DNA of 64,000 bases. It comes from Cirrosporium novae-zelandiae. Lineage: Eukaryota. Location: assembly GCA_026023565.1 (NCBI GenBank), contig JAPETS010000006.1, positions 372,001-436,000 on the forward strand, read 5' to 3'. This document shows positions 34,411 to 47,803 of the stretch, one piece after another. The translations under genes were made by a program, and so were the position numbers. The notes below the pieces were generated by a model. The model was not told the DNA's origin, searched no databases, and saw only the letters and a list, made by a program, of their open reading frames with translations. Position 1 is the stretch's first letter; each line of letters opens with the position of its first letter.

Positions 34411-35281
34411 ATCCAACAGAGGTAAGGGTTAATTTTGGGGTGCTTCTGGTGTTGGACTTTATTTTTGGGAGGTGGGGTTACGATGTAACACGATCCTAGT
34501 TAATAAGGTGCATGAAGGGCAAAGAAAGATGCAGGATTTCCTAAACATTCATGGCTTTGCAATACCCTGGAGTTTTCTTTTGTTTTATGAATAATTATGG
34601 TATCAGTGTATACACAAGGACTCCTCATGTAGTAATAGAGGAAGCGTGCTGATAATAATAGACCTCGGCGTCCTAGTTACCTAGATAATAAAATTTTCTA
34701 ATTGGTCGCAAACGTGTCTATTCGTGAGAGCATTGAATATCCAATAAACATCTAATACAAAGATGGTAATTCTTCACTAGCTAACTATAGAGATACCGCA
34801 ACCACCGTTGCTGTATGCTTATTCTCAAATATAAATCCGCCTAAGCTGTTCTTGATCCCTATCTAGAGACCGAAATTAATATAGTTATTTGAACAATGAT
34901 AAGCTAGGAGCGTACTTACATAGATTTGCGATGCAGTTGTGTTTATCGCCGAGACCGGTAATCGTCCTCCGGCCTTTGACATTTCTCCGGAGACAGCAGT
35001 TTGAATTCAGATTCGAGACTGCCAAACAAGCTAAGTGACAGAATGCTTCAGTCTGTAAATAATGGATGTCATGCACTTTACTTGATCTCCACTCGAATAT
35101 GCTTATTGTAAGACGTTGATTTTGACAACAAGTCGGACTTCGGTCCAACGTCCATTTTGCGCCAAAATATCTTGCTCGGATATACTCAAATGGGCATTCT
35201 ACCCATTAGCATATAGTTTCGTCACCTTCTCCCTTAGCATGTGATAGCCATATAATCAAAGCAAAAGTGATTTCGGTTGCT

Positions 35282-35761
35282 CTATAGATGGACACCATCT
35301 TCTTCTTCATCATCTTCGATATCATCTTGCATCCGCTCTTGTAGCCTCCGCTCCAACTCTTCATCTGTCAAGTGACCTCCTCCAGAAGCTTGGACAGCAG
35401 CATGGCTTTCAATTTGTCCACTGCTTGCGGCTGAATCTTCGTCGCCATCAACTCCGTCTACAACAATTTTCTCTTCCTTGGATTGTCCTTCTCCCCATCG
35501 GAAGCCTCGCCTCTCAACTTCTTCTTTCAATAATCTTATACGGTCTTCCATACGAGATATAACGTCCATATTTTCCTCGATAGCCTCCTGGCAGTCTTGG
35601 TCGCCGTCATCAGCATGGGGTTTGAGTTGAACATTGGACGATTCGAGATGGGCAATCGAGTTACGGAGCTCGGCTGCTTTGAGGTGTAAATTTCCGAGTG
35701 GAAGAGTGGTGATTGCTTCGGCGAACCGGGCGGCAGTGATCGGTAGAGAATTTGATGACAT
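35282..35761 (-). CDS. Small acidic coiled-coil protein, TMA17/Adc17-like
   Basis: Intronless 159 aa: PITAARFAEAITTLPLGNLHLKAAELRNSIAHLESSNVQL...EAIEEN...RIRLLKEEVERRG, ending GVHL. Family assignment is from recall only. Confidence 0.65.
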   Translation of the reverse strand: MSSNSLPITAARFAEAITTLPLGNLHLKAAELRNSIAHLESSNVQLKPHADDGDQDCQEAIEENMDVISRMEDRIRLLKEEVERRGFRWGEGQSKEEKIVVDGVDGDEDSAASSGQIESHAAVQASGGGHLTDEELERRLQERMQDDIEDDEEEDGVHL

Positions 35762-37099
35762 TTTCTTGGGATATTAAAGGGTCACAAGGTATGAAGATTC
35801 TTGATGGAGAATGCTCTAATGATGATTCTTTTCCTTCATGGTTTTTTTTTCTTTTTTGCTTTTCCGGGGGTAGTCAACTCGCTTCGAGCCCCGCTGTGCC
35901 ACCAGCTCTCAGGTTTTCTTCTCCTCTTACATCATACTCGTTTGCCTGACATCGTGAGCATTGGAATGGTCAAACTCATTATTGTAAACTGACCTTACTC
36001 TATATCTACATACATTTATTTTACAGCCCCCCCCCTCCCCAAAAAAACAATCCGTTATTCAACTGTTCAATTTTAATAACTTGAGAATTCAGTGACAGTA
36101 TCCGTCATTTAGGACCATCTTCAAGAGGATCTGGCTCCATTCTTGTTTTTTAGACCAAAGTCCATTGGAGCTAACCGCCATATGCACAGCAACTCAACTC
36201 CATCACACTTACATCCGACTCCTTCCAAAATCCGTCCCTGCATTGATACCGCCCATTGTCTTTCAGTTCCCTCAATTGGCGAGTGCTCCCGCAATTGCTG
36301 GGCCGTGTGAGCAAGATGTTCGAATAATAGTCAATGAAGCCGTGGCTCACAAATTCCTTGTTCGAAGGATTCTGGATGTCAGGTGCCTTTCCTACATATT
36401 GGGACACACTGTTGTTGTGCTTTTTCGATGTCGGGGAATTCCTTGGGAAGGAAGTTCCGTTGGGAAGAGATGGAACATATTCTTTGATCTCAGCTGTTAC
36501 CTGGTGGAGATATTTCGGTTATGCAGAAACTCCTTGGTCGTTGAGAAACATGAAAAAATGGCTGAACTTGTCAATTGCTAGATCTGGTTACAAAAGAAGT
36601 TGGAACTCTCGTCTACTATGTCCAATCTGGTGACCTTCAAATAAAGACGGTAAATTACGAATGCTACTAACACTTGAGGCTGCTGGAGATAACAGAAAAT
36701 TATTATCGGAGCAGATCAAATCGGACAGAGAGAAGCTGAAGAAATAGCGCGGCCTTAACAAGATTTTTGTTGGGATGAATTACTCGGCTGGCCCTGCCAG
36801 ATAAATTAACAACTGAGAGAGGGAATGACAGGAGAGCCGGTGTCTCCTGGTTCTACTCTCAAGGACCCAACAGATCCGCATTAGATTAACAAGGCGATGT
36901 AAGAAGAATAGGCACAAAACTATAACTTATGGGGAACAGATTTACCAAAATCTGAAGAATGGATAATTAACGACTTTCTAGGAAACAAGCAAGATTCAGC
37001 GGTGGTATGAGGAAGAATATAGTCGACCGCTAACTGAAAAATAACTGGGTTGTTGGGGGTATGGTGATGAAGAAAAACAATGACAGTGAAGCCATGAGT

Positions 37100-37129
37100 C
37101 AAGATAACCCAAGATAACCCAAGATAACC
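37100..37129. repeat. Tandem 10-mer (CAAGATAACC)x3
   Basis: Directly visible tandem repeat; each unit contains a GATAA. Confidence 0.8.
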
Positions 37130-38004
37130 GGAGATGAAGCTTTAAAGGGGGAGATGGGAGCTTTCAAAGGGGAGGTGTTGCAATTTTGTTGGGGGGGGGG
37201 AGTGTCAAACGCGACAACCTTTGGGAACCCCCCCCCCCCCCACTCCTCCCCACCTGTCAAAGCAGTCCTAGCCCATTTATAACCAACATTCGTCAACACA
37301 TCGGCTCTAACCACTACACGTGCCGAGATGGTCGAATGCAATGCTTACGGGCATTCAACCTGGTCAATATCTGTCTATTTCAATCATAATTAGAAAAAAG
37401 ATCCATGCTAAAGTCGCCGAGATGCTTCATTTGGAATATCATTGGGCTTTTCAAACCGTTCCTCGGTTGTTCCTGGATCCTGTCATCGTAAAATCACACC
37501 TCTCCCGTCGTTTCCCCTCTTTCACCCCTTGCTGAATGCCCCAACCAGCATTCGAAATCCCCCTCCAACACAACCTTCACACTCATTATTGCTGTTGCTG
37601 CAATACGACCCTCCTCTTTTTTTCCGTTCACGAGTCTACAATTTGTCTCTAACCGCCGGCCATCTCTCTCTGTTTTTTTTCTATCAACCGGTCCCTTCTC
37701 TCTCAAGGGATCAAAGTCCGTATGCTTTTAACCATGTTTGGCTCGCTTTATTGTAATGCGCCTTCCTTTTCCTCTTGTGCTCGTTTCCTAAATTCATTTC
37801 CCCCTCATTTATACCGTTGCCGGTTTAAACATGTGAGCAGAGACATGTCCTCAATGGCATCTCGATATTGCATTTGGCGACCATTTTTGGGACCATAAAA
37901 GGACCATCTTTGGCCTTTCGAGTGAGCTTGTTCTCCATCACAGTTTGGATCTTTCTCCCACCATCATAATTGCCAGGTCGATCGGTTATCCTACATAAGA
38001 CAAT

Positions 38005-39048
38005 ATGGCTAGGACTCTATTCTCTTGTGCTTTGACAGCACTGCTCTTTTCAGGTCGATCTTTTGCTGCACCTACTTTGAAACCACGATGTACGCGATTA
38101 GCCTCCTGTCCACTTTGGATTATGCTAACACGGAATTTCAAGCTGTATCGGATAGTTTATTCACTGCGTTTGAGCTGTTTGAACAATATTCCGCTGCGGC
38201 CTATTGCTCAAGCAACTACGACTCGTCTACGACGGGCGATGAGCTAACCTGCGATGAAGATGACTGCGACACCGTCGAGGCTGCAACAACGAAAACCTTA
38301 CTCGAATTTGAGCATCAAGATTCCACCGATGTTGCTGGATACGTGGCTCTTGATGAGACCAATAACTATCTGGTCGTTGCGTTTAGGGGATCCTCATCTA
38401 TTCGCAATTGGATCACCGATCTCACATTCGGGCTTACAGACACAGATCTATGCGATGATTGCCAGGCCCACTCGGGTTTTTGGGATAGCTGGGAATCTGC
38501 TAGAGGAGATATCTTAAGCTCTATCGAATCTGCCATAGATGACTATTCTGGCTACACGCTCGTTGTTACCGGACACAGCCTGGGTGGTGCAATTGCAACC
38601 CTGGCTGCTGCTGAATTAAGGAATGCTGGATATACTGCTGCGCTGGTAAGTTGACCGTATAAAATTAGTCTATAACCGATGCTGTCTATTGCGCGTAGCT
38701 GACTCGTGGGCAATATAGTATACATATGGCTCTCCACGTGTGGGAAACGAGGAGTTGTGCACGTATATCACCGACCAGTCTGGTGGGAACTACCGTGTCA
38801 CTCACTATGATGACCCGGTTCCCAGACTTCCTCCCCACGCATGGGGATTTGATCACGTTAGTCCTGAGTACTGGATCACAACCGGCAACGACGAAACTGT
38901 AACTGCTAGCGACATTGAGGTTATTGATGGTCTTTATAGCACATCTGGAAACAGTGGTACCAGTGGTCTAGATATTGATGCCCATCTGTGGTATTTCCAG
39001 TCCATTGCTGATTGTGCTTCATTCACCTTGAAGTCAAGGAAACTGTAA
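38005..39048 (+). CDS. Secreted class 3 lipase (triacylglycerol lipase / feruloyl-esterase-like fold)
   Basis: Signal peptide MARTLFSCALTALLFSGRSFA; introns 38090-38142 and 38646-38718; YSAAAYC, VVAFRGS, HSGF, GHSLGG, YTYGSPRVGN, THYDDPVPRLPP, AHLWYF. Confidence 0.92.
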
Positions 39049-39470
39049 ATCTGGGCTTATGGTCAGGCCTGGGGGGTAATACAACAAGGAGGTTAATTAA
39101 AAGTATTTGAATGATATTGATATATTGAATGCATCTAGTGAATCAATGGTTATTGAGCAAATCCAATGATGATAATTGAAGGGTAGGACAAATGAAAATT
39201 TAGAGAAAGGCCGGTAACAAGTTCAATATTAAGACAGGCCATTCGTCTTGTCTCATGTAGAATGAGTAGTAAGTGGTATGATGTTGATTGGACGGATACC
39301 GTGGATGCTTTGGAATGGAAATAAAGTATTATTTAGAGTTGAAGGTCAAGCCCTACCTACCGGAAGAAGACGATACTTTTTCTTCAAGTCAAGCTCCCCC
39401 CGATGAAGACAGAACATATGATAAAATGAACGAACCACAAAACCACAGCTACGTCAAGGGGAAATGAACA

Positions 39471-41521
39471 ATGAACAATGCTTGGAAACGAAGCCTATGG
39501 CAGCTTTCTGCGTTTGTTCAAGAAAGTGCTAAGCGACCATGCGCTGCTGCCATCCTGCCCCAGGCCATAGCCAGATGCCCATACAACAACAATTCATCCT
39601 GCTGTAATATACTGACTTCCCAGATCCGCCGAGCACAAATCTCCCCCCCATCTCTTCTCATTCACCCTAGCTGTTCCTCTCTGAGCTTATCCAAATACTA
39701 CTCCACGAAACGAAAATCCCAGAAATCACCATCGCTGAAACCTAAGCCCCCCCCACGTTCTTTTACCGGTCATCTAAACAGCGACCAAATCAAAGCCATC
39801 TTTGGTAATCATGTTCATGACTCTACCGGGAAGGATGCTCTGTCCACGCTACAGAACCAGCGAGAAACCGGTTACATAGATAAGAGCATTCCCACGGACC
39901 CGAAGAAAGGCCTGACGGAACAATCGATCCAAAATGCGCTGACTTGGCTTCGCGCCAAGTTTCCGGTGGACGAGGACGAGGCAATAATGCAGCGACTCGA
40001 GAAAGAAGAACACGAGGAGGAAGAACGGCTCCGGCGCACCCTTCAGAAAAACCCTTCACGACCACGCATGTACAGCCAGCCCCAGGAGAACGTTTCCGAT
40101 GATAATGTTTACGGGCGAGTGGGCTTGGATGATATCCGGGAAGAATATAAAAGGTTGGAAAAGGCAAGACTGGAAGCGGAGAAAAAAAAGGAAAAGGAAC
40201 ACGAGAAGGGCATCGTGGGGGGTTTACAAAAACCACGACAGAGAGTCGATCTTGGTAAATTCGTCATACGCATTCTCGGCAGATGATATATATATATATA
40301 TATGTATATTCTAACTTCTCGAAAGCCCCCCGGGAAAAGTGGTGGGTTAAATATGCAGAGAAAGGACAAATCACAGATGCTAAAACCCCACCAAACATTC
40401 CCAAGGTCAGTAATCACCCCTCTCCCCTTCCCCCTCCCCCCTCAAAAAAAAAACATCCGCCAACTGTTGCTTCCAAAGTGGGAAAAACTCTGGCCCTCCG
40501 GCCTCGTCACCCTCCTCGTCTGCGCAGCCTCCTACATCCTCGCAGTAACCTACGTCGCACCGCCAACCTCCGCGAGGCTATGGCCCGACACCCCACCAGC
40601 GGCGGCCACAATCGGCACGCTAATACTGCTGAACGTCACCATATTCTGCCTATGGCGCATCCCCTTCAACTACCGGTTCCTGAATAAATACTTCACGTCC
40701 GTGCCGGCCTACCCGTTCGCGCTAAGCATAATCGGGAATACCTTTTCGCACATATCGCCCAAGCATCTGTTGCTAAATATGGTGGTACTGTTTTATTGTG
40801 GGACTAAATGTAGGTTTTGAGCGTTATTGTCCTTTCTCCAGACTCTACTTGAAATCCAATCCCCCCTTCCCCCCCCCCAAAATCATATCCAAACCATACC
40901 CAACCAGCCATTTCAGGGGTGAGAGATATATCCTCCCAAGATCACCTAACTAACACACCAAAATCAAAACCATAGTACACGATGAAATCGGCCGCGGAAA
41001 ATTCCTCGCTGTCTACTTCTCTACCGCGGTTCTGAGCTCCTACGCTAGTCTCGCCCACGCCGTTATATTCATGAAGCTGACTCAGCTGTCCTTCGGCGCC
41101 AGCGGAGCCGTACTCGGAGTCTTGGCTTGCTATATGGCTTATATCGCCGGGTTTGTTCATTCATTCATTCACTCATTCACTCACTTTCTTCGTTGCCCCC
41201 CCAATCTCCCAACCCCTCTCTTCATCTTCATAACTAACCCATGACAGCAACGGTCCCATGAACCCCGAAGTCTTCTCGCTTGAATTCCCGAATGTCGAAC
41301 TCCCGTCCTGGGCGCCGTATGCGTTCATATCCGTGCTTATGGGGTTGGACTTGATGGCGTTTCTCCGTATGAACGTGTTTCGGGACCATTTGGCTCATCT
41401 TTCGGGCATGGCGGTGGGGCTTGTGATTGGGGAAATTTTGAAGCGGGAGCGGAGGAAAGGGGAGAAGGAGGAGGAGGAAGCGGAGAAGGAGAGGGAAGGG
41501 AGGTTAATTGGTTCCGAGTAG
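39471..41521 (+). CDS. Mitochondrial rhomboid protease (Pcp1/PARL-like)
   Basis: Exons 39471-40254, 40326-40405, 40479-40809, 40976-41150 and 41248-41521. Basic, Ser-rich presequence; FSHISPKHLLLNM; catalytic GASG; DHLAHLSG. Confidence 0.85.
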
Positions 41522-42123
41522 TATGGTCTGGTCTCCCTTTTGCTTGCTATATTTCTAAACGAGAAAGGTATAAATGGAATGAGAAGACACGAGAATAGCA
41601 GAACTTTATATTTCACATTTCACATTTCCATTCACAATCCCTCCTACACGACATTCACGTCTACGAAATATCACTACTGGACTAAACTAAATATTCGGAT
41701 TAGTACTCCAGCCAGTTATATCATATTCCCCTCCATTAATTATATCTAAGAGGTCTAGGATAAAAAAATTACCCATCTAATTAATTAATTGATTAATCAG
41801 GCCCATGCCCCATCAGCTCTGAATTGATCCTTCAACATCGCCAATTAAACCTTGGGGTTTTTTTAACACCCCCTTCCTTGCCTTCTCTTTTGCTTCCCAG
41901 CAGCTATTTAGGATATCTTCTTTCGTCACAAACAAACAAACAAAAACCAGCCAGCCAGTGGAATTCTGTAATTCCATTACTAAACACTATTGTCTTGACC
42001 CGACCGTCAATTCAATTCACCCGAAAAAGACTTTCCTACTTCCCACAACTGTCTTACACACTCACAATCCGTGCTGGTTAGTTAGTACAATACAAACAAA
42101 TTTTCTATAAAAGAGGAGATGAA

Positions 42124-44467
42124 TTATTTGCCATAGCTAGGTCCAGCCGTAGCCTGGAGGGCAGGTACTGCAAACAAGGTTAATAATGAACAAGACCTGA
42201 GGGATAGGGAATAATACGTACTACTAAATCCGTAGCCTTCTGTTATTCCTTCACTGTCACGCGGATCAATTTCCACCTTCAAACATATATCTAATCCTCC
42301 TATCATGGAGCTAAGTGTCAGTGCGTTTGAAGTCGGATGTGTGGTGCCTGCTCCCACTTCGCCTATGTGCAAAGGCTGATGACCATTTTCCGCTGGGGTA
42401 AAATCATCATTCTTAGGTTTACTGTTTGCTGCACCATCAAGAGCTTCATTTGCGAGACCAGTTGCGTAACCGTTGGCATTATTACTGCCATAGATGGTGG
42501 GGGCCTCAACTTCAGAGATAACAGCATAATTTCGACTGGGCAACGTACAGTGGTTTTTGGCTGCCGTCTTGGTGCTATTACCGGGGTCTTTGTCGAACAA
42601 GTTCATTAGCGTCTCGTCGGTTTCATCATCTAAATGGTGAATCTTGTTACGCCGCGCTAGAAGATTTGCGATAGCGCTTGGTGGAGGTTTGTTTGTAATG
42701 GCGCTGCTAATGATATTCACCATATATCGATGATCCCGCTCAGTAGGTATGCCGAGTGATAGTTTGCTGTAGAAACGACCCATGGCTCCAAGATGGACAT
42801 CACCACCAAGAATAGTCACTCGCACCCCATGATCCTGTGCCAACTTTTGTAAACGCTGCATCAAGACCCTTCGTTCCTCTTTGTGGTTTCTTGCAGTGTA
42901 ATGATCATCGAGGTCATCGAGAAGGTCAACTTGCCCATCGAAATGGTTGAAGAAACTTCCACCAAGGCCAAATCGCCGATTTAAGAATCGCATTGGCCCA
43001 ATAATAGGGGACGAGAAGATGTTTTCTAGCCAAACAAGTCGTGGGTACGCAATTGGTACGCCAAGAAGGAGAATAAGGTGTTTAATAGTACCTTTTGCTG
43101 CAGTAAGTTCTGTCTCAAGACGCTGGAAGATCAACTCATAGGTCTCGGGGTAATTGACTTGATGTCGAGTTCGTTCAGTTCGAGCATCAATACCAATAAA
43201 TGCTACACGAGCCCCCAGCTGCATGTAAAGACTACGGCTACGTTCTTCAACATAAGGCCCTGGACTTTGACCCAGGATAAAGCTGGGATCGTTTCCCTGT
43301 TCTGTATAAACATATGTATCTTGGAGTTGGTTGGGATCGATCCCCGGACCATTGATGCCTTGGCTGGTCATCGTTTGTGGTGCATCAGTAGTGAAGGTAG
43401 CTACAGGAGGGGCAATGTGATGTTGAAAAAGACAATAATACTTGTGCGACACGCCTCCGATCCCGCGGAAGACAGGACATCTCATGAAATGGTCGGTATA
43501 CGAACCAAAGCCATCAATAATGTCTGCTGAAGATGAGCATCTAATTCGATGAAAACCGTGTAAAGGGGGTCAACTTACCATGGTCGTCCCAAATATTTAT
43601 CTGAGGAATCTGGCTGTTTGCCGTTGCAAAAGGCTCCAGGCTGTACCATTGTGTATAATTTTTAAAGTAAAATTCATCGCATTCATCTCGCAGTGTGGCG
43701 GGGAAAGGAAAGTGTCTTCTCCTCGCAGGATTCCCAATGTCAGTCCAAGCCTTCAAAGGCCCTGTCACCCGAACCCCATCATTGTATATCTGATCGCCTC
43801 CACCGATCATGACATGAAAAGGCCTTTGTTCGTGGACCCGCATAACATCCTTCCAAAGAACGCCTCCTGGACCGGAAAACGCAGGCAAATCAGTCCCGAC
43901 CGAAAAGCCATTACAAGAGGAAAACATTATGCGCATGGATTGAGTCCGGGCGGGTACATAAAATCTTCGAGTCTGAGGATTTGGAGAGTTGGAGGGGTAC
44001 TGAAAGCTCACGCCATCGAGAGTGTACTCCCATTGGGCCTCGAAGTGTTGTATAGGAATATCAATTTCAAACCTGAAGAAGGCCTTAGCCGGATCCTCGT
44101 ACAATTTGCGACCGGTAATTAGGTGAGGTTCCGCATCGGGACTCGCACTCTGAATTTCTTCCTGGCTCTTCTGGAGAGGACCGAGGCAACGTAGGTTTAA
44201 AGTTGGCTGGCTCCAGGTTGGCTTAACAACAATCAAGATACTACCATGCCACACAATTCGATTGCTTGGTTCCAGCCTCATCCCTTTGTAATTCAACAAC
44301 GGTCCACACATAACCTCTATTCCCTTAATGGTATGTTTCCGAGCAGCTCCATGGCCGTATCCCGTGCTATTACGAAATGATGCTTCTATCTCTTCCGTAG
44401 ATGGCCCTGGTTCTTCATGTATGGAGGCACGTGGAGACTCGAAGGTAGTGTTAATTGAAGAAAGCAT
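42124..44467 (-). CDS. PhoD-like metallophosphatase domain protein
   Basis: Introns 43578-43524 and 42221-42168. Motifs FSSCNGFS, GGGDQIYNDG, WDDHDIIDGFGSY, IDARTER, LGGDVHLG, ISSAITN. Confidence 0.85.
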
Positions 44468-45770
44468 TTTGTAAATCTGACGTTGGAGGGTGCTCGATGA
44501 AACTCGTAGGAAAGCTATTCTAGAGAGCTAGAGTAGTTTTTAAGATAAATCAGTAGCGATGTTGCAAGCGCATCGATGAGAGGAGAATTTAGAAAGAGTG
44601 AAGTTTCGGAGCTATCGATTTTAGATCGATTGGGATGAAGGATTGTAATTGGAAGTACTTTGTATTGGATACAGAGTAAATATATGAAGGAGTGGCGATT
44701 TGGACAGATTTTGATTGATTGATGACAGAAAACACGTCGACTCGCTGGGGAAGGAATGATGATGCCAAGAGAATGAGTATAGAGAGAAGACAAGACTGAA
44801 GTTGAAAAACTGGAAAGAGGGAGGGAGTGAAGGGTTGCGCGCAATGAGAGAAAAGTAGAACGAGGATGTTTTGGGGTCCTCTAACTAAAGACGACTAAAC
44901 GGGGTTCAAAGCTCCAAGGTGCAGGGTTCAAAGCAAGCAAGCAAACAAAGGCAAGTGAAGGGAAGCAAAAGCAAGCTCTGTTTCCCAGCCAGTCAAGCAA
45001 TCACGACCCTGGTTACCTTGACGCCACACTTTGTATCATTTGTGTTGTCTGTATCGTCTGTATCGTCCGTATCATCCGTATTACCTGTAATCAGCCACAT
45101 ACTCTGACGAAGGCCAAGAAGTCTATTCCCAATAATTACCTGTGTGACCCTTGATAAATCATCTTTCCTTTCATTTGTCCAACAACAAATTATCTGTCGA
45201 TCCCGACCTCATTTATCCAACCACATTTCCATTTTTTTCTTTCTTTCCTTGTTTAACCCATGTACCTAGTTAGGTAGTTCCTGTAACGAGTCATCATCGG
45301 CTTCCTCTAATTAAGGCCTACCAGTGTCTCCACTTTTGATCTGATTAGACCAACCCACCCTCAACTTACCTACACAGTTTCTACCATTTATCAATTATCC
45401 TGAGATGAAGAATCCTTAGTCCCAGTGTCTACTGTGTATTTAATTCAAACCATAAATTATTCATTTTTGAAGCCCTGGAACTTGCTGTAGGCAATGAGCC
45501 TCTGGCCATTTCACGTTGGATTTGTGTGTTGCATGTGGTTATATGGACCCATCCTCTGTGACCAGCTTCTCTAGATTTCAAATCTATACGACAGAGTAGC
45601 TTCATGCCATTTCCTTTCGCATGCCGTGCTGTTTCATAAACGCCAGATCACCCCTTCGCCTAAAACATGCCCGACGGTGATGTTGATGAAGATGAAGAAG
45701 AAAATAATTCCCTTCCTTTTGTCATGCTAGAACGCTGAAAACACCATGATATTCCTGAACTTTCGACCCT

Positions 45771-47035
45771 TCACGACGTGCTTGTTGGAGATGGAGGGGC
45801 ACCAGCGAGCTCTGCTGGAATCGATCCATTGGCCACCCAAATGTCGATCAATGGCTGCATTGGCTCCATCTCCCTCGAAGACAATAGCTTAAATAGCTTG
45901 GCCACAGTGACAAAATGGACAAACGAAGTATTTAGCTGCATATACTTGTTGATATGCCAAAATGGGTCAATCCAATGCCCATGATAAAGGTGAGCATAAC
46001 AGCGAAACATCTGGCGGAAAATGTTCTGGCAATCCTTAAAGAAGGATTCAGGGAACCCACCAGTCTTTCCAACCCAGTCATGACCAGCGAGGCTCGAGAG
46101 AGGTGCGTTACTTGTAGTAGGCCCCATAGCAATCGGAGTATTGGCGCCAGGAGTATTCACATCACCCGACGCATAGGAGGTCGCGCCGGTAGGAGCTTCG
46201 GTGGGAAATGTCCTAGCGTCCTTGACCTTGCCTACGATCCAACGTTGAACGTGGGCAATATATTGACATGCGGGAATGGCAACGGGTTGTTTCTTGTTGT
46301 CTAACCAAGTGTATACATGGCCACTAGTCACATTAGAACCGATTACGCCAAATCTCAGTTGATAACCTACCGTCCAGCAGACATTTGAGGGCAAATTCGA
46401 GGATTGCAGAGGGCAAGGCCCGTATTCGTATCAACCTCTTGAACGCAATGGAGCATAGCCGTCAAAAGTCGGTATTGTTCAACGACTAATTCTAGTATTA
46501 GCAACTTGAAGCGGTCAGGAAGATGATTAGAATACCCTGGTGTGCAAGCCATTCCCCTAAATCCACGTTTTTAGGCAAAGCAGCAAGTGTCATGAAATTC
46601 CCCTTGACGACAAAGCCAGCATATTTGTCCTTGAAGAAGAATTTGGATAAGTCGGTCTCAGAATAGCCTGAGTGGTTGGCATTGTTGCTTTCGCTTCCCA
46701 TGTTTGAGGTGATAGACGCGGATGGTGTTAAGGGAGGGATCGTAGGAGAAGGAGCATTATGTGACGGAGCAACGTTTTGAGTAGACCGTTGTTGCTGCTG
46801 CTGTTGTTGGGATTGGGCGTTTCTGCTTGAACCTCGACCGAATCCTTGACGACTGGATGTAAGACAGGTTAGTGAGGTGTATTGAAGAGCAGGTGAAGGA
46901 AGGGGGTCCATCTCTGATATATCAGAGTTTGTATGGTACAGAGGTTCAAGCCTCATCTTGGCCTCGGCCCTGTGCCCGTGTATGAGATGGTGAGAAGGTT
47001 CAAATTACTTACACAGACTGAAAAAATGTAGCCAT
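45771..47035 (-). CDS. MOB kinase activator (Mob1/phocein family, Mob2-like)
   Basis: Exons 47035-47013, 46852-46536, 46485-46371 and 46323-45771. Motifs VKGNFMTLAALPKNVDLGEWLA, CPQMSAG, YTWLD, IFRQMFRCYAHLYHGH, LNTSFVHF. Confidence 0.88.
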
Positions 47036-47803
47036 GGCAAATGATTGCCAAAGGAGATGGTCTCGGCGCCGAGAATTCCCGTGGCGGCAGAGTCTTGAGC
47101 AAGGTGGTAATTTTATGGGTGGAGTATTGGGGAAGAGAAATGAATTGAGATGATTGCCGTTTTGAAGTGGGCACAGTACTGAAACATGAAGTTCGGGGTA
47201 AAACTGAGGTGTGAATAAGACGGGGGGCGTGGACGGTAGACTGGCAGTAGGCAGTAGACGGGACGAGTAGAACGAATAGTGCAGACGGACCCCTGCCTTT
47301 TCCTCTATCGCTTTGGGGATAGCTCCGGCTATTTCCTTGGTTAGAAGAACTATTAGTTGATGCCTAGTGAATGCTAGTGGATGCCTGAAGATCGGCCCAT
47401 AGGTTCAACGCCCCTGCTTTTATTACCTAATCACTATATAATCACGCTAACTACATATGGTTCAAGACTTCTATCTAACTACTCCAGTTAGCCTTGGTGA
47501 CTTTGTCTGCCAGTCGCGAACTCGCGATCCTATCACCATTTTCTACCCATGATTGATTTCACACTAAAATCAATCATCCATCATCCCTTCACTATATCAC
47601 CGCCATTGTGATTTGTGAATATTCTTCCTGGTTAATCATGCCCATTCGTCTAAGCAGATAGCTTTCTACAATTTGGTTTCCATAATCTCCCCCTTTCAAT
47701 CTCTTACCTGCCAGTCAAGACAAAGCTTCAAACCATTTCCTGACATTGAAATTTACAACATCCTGACCTCAGCCGCATCGGTGCCTTTGCATCATCCACC
47801 ATA

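Noticed and set aside
36120..36750. Overlapping ORFs (36165-36581, 36334-36633) with intron-like signals
   Set aside because: No coherent spliced model or recognisable domain could be built; it may be a gene relic but this is unsupported.
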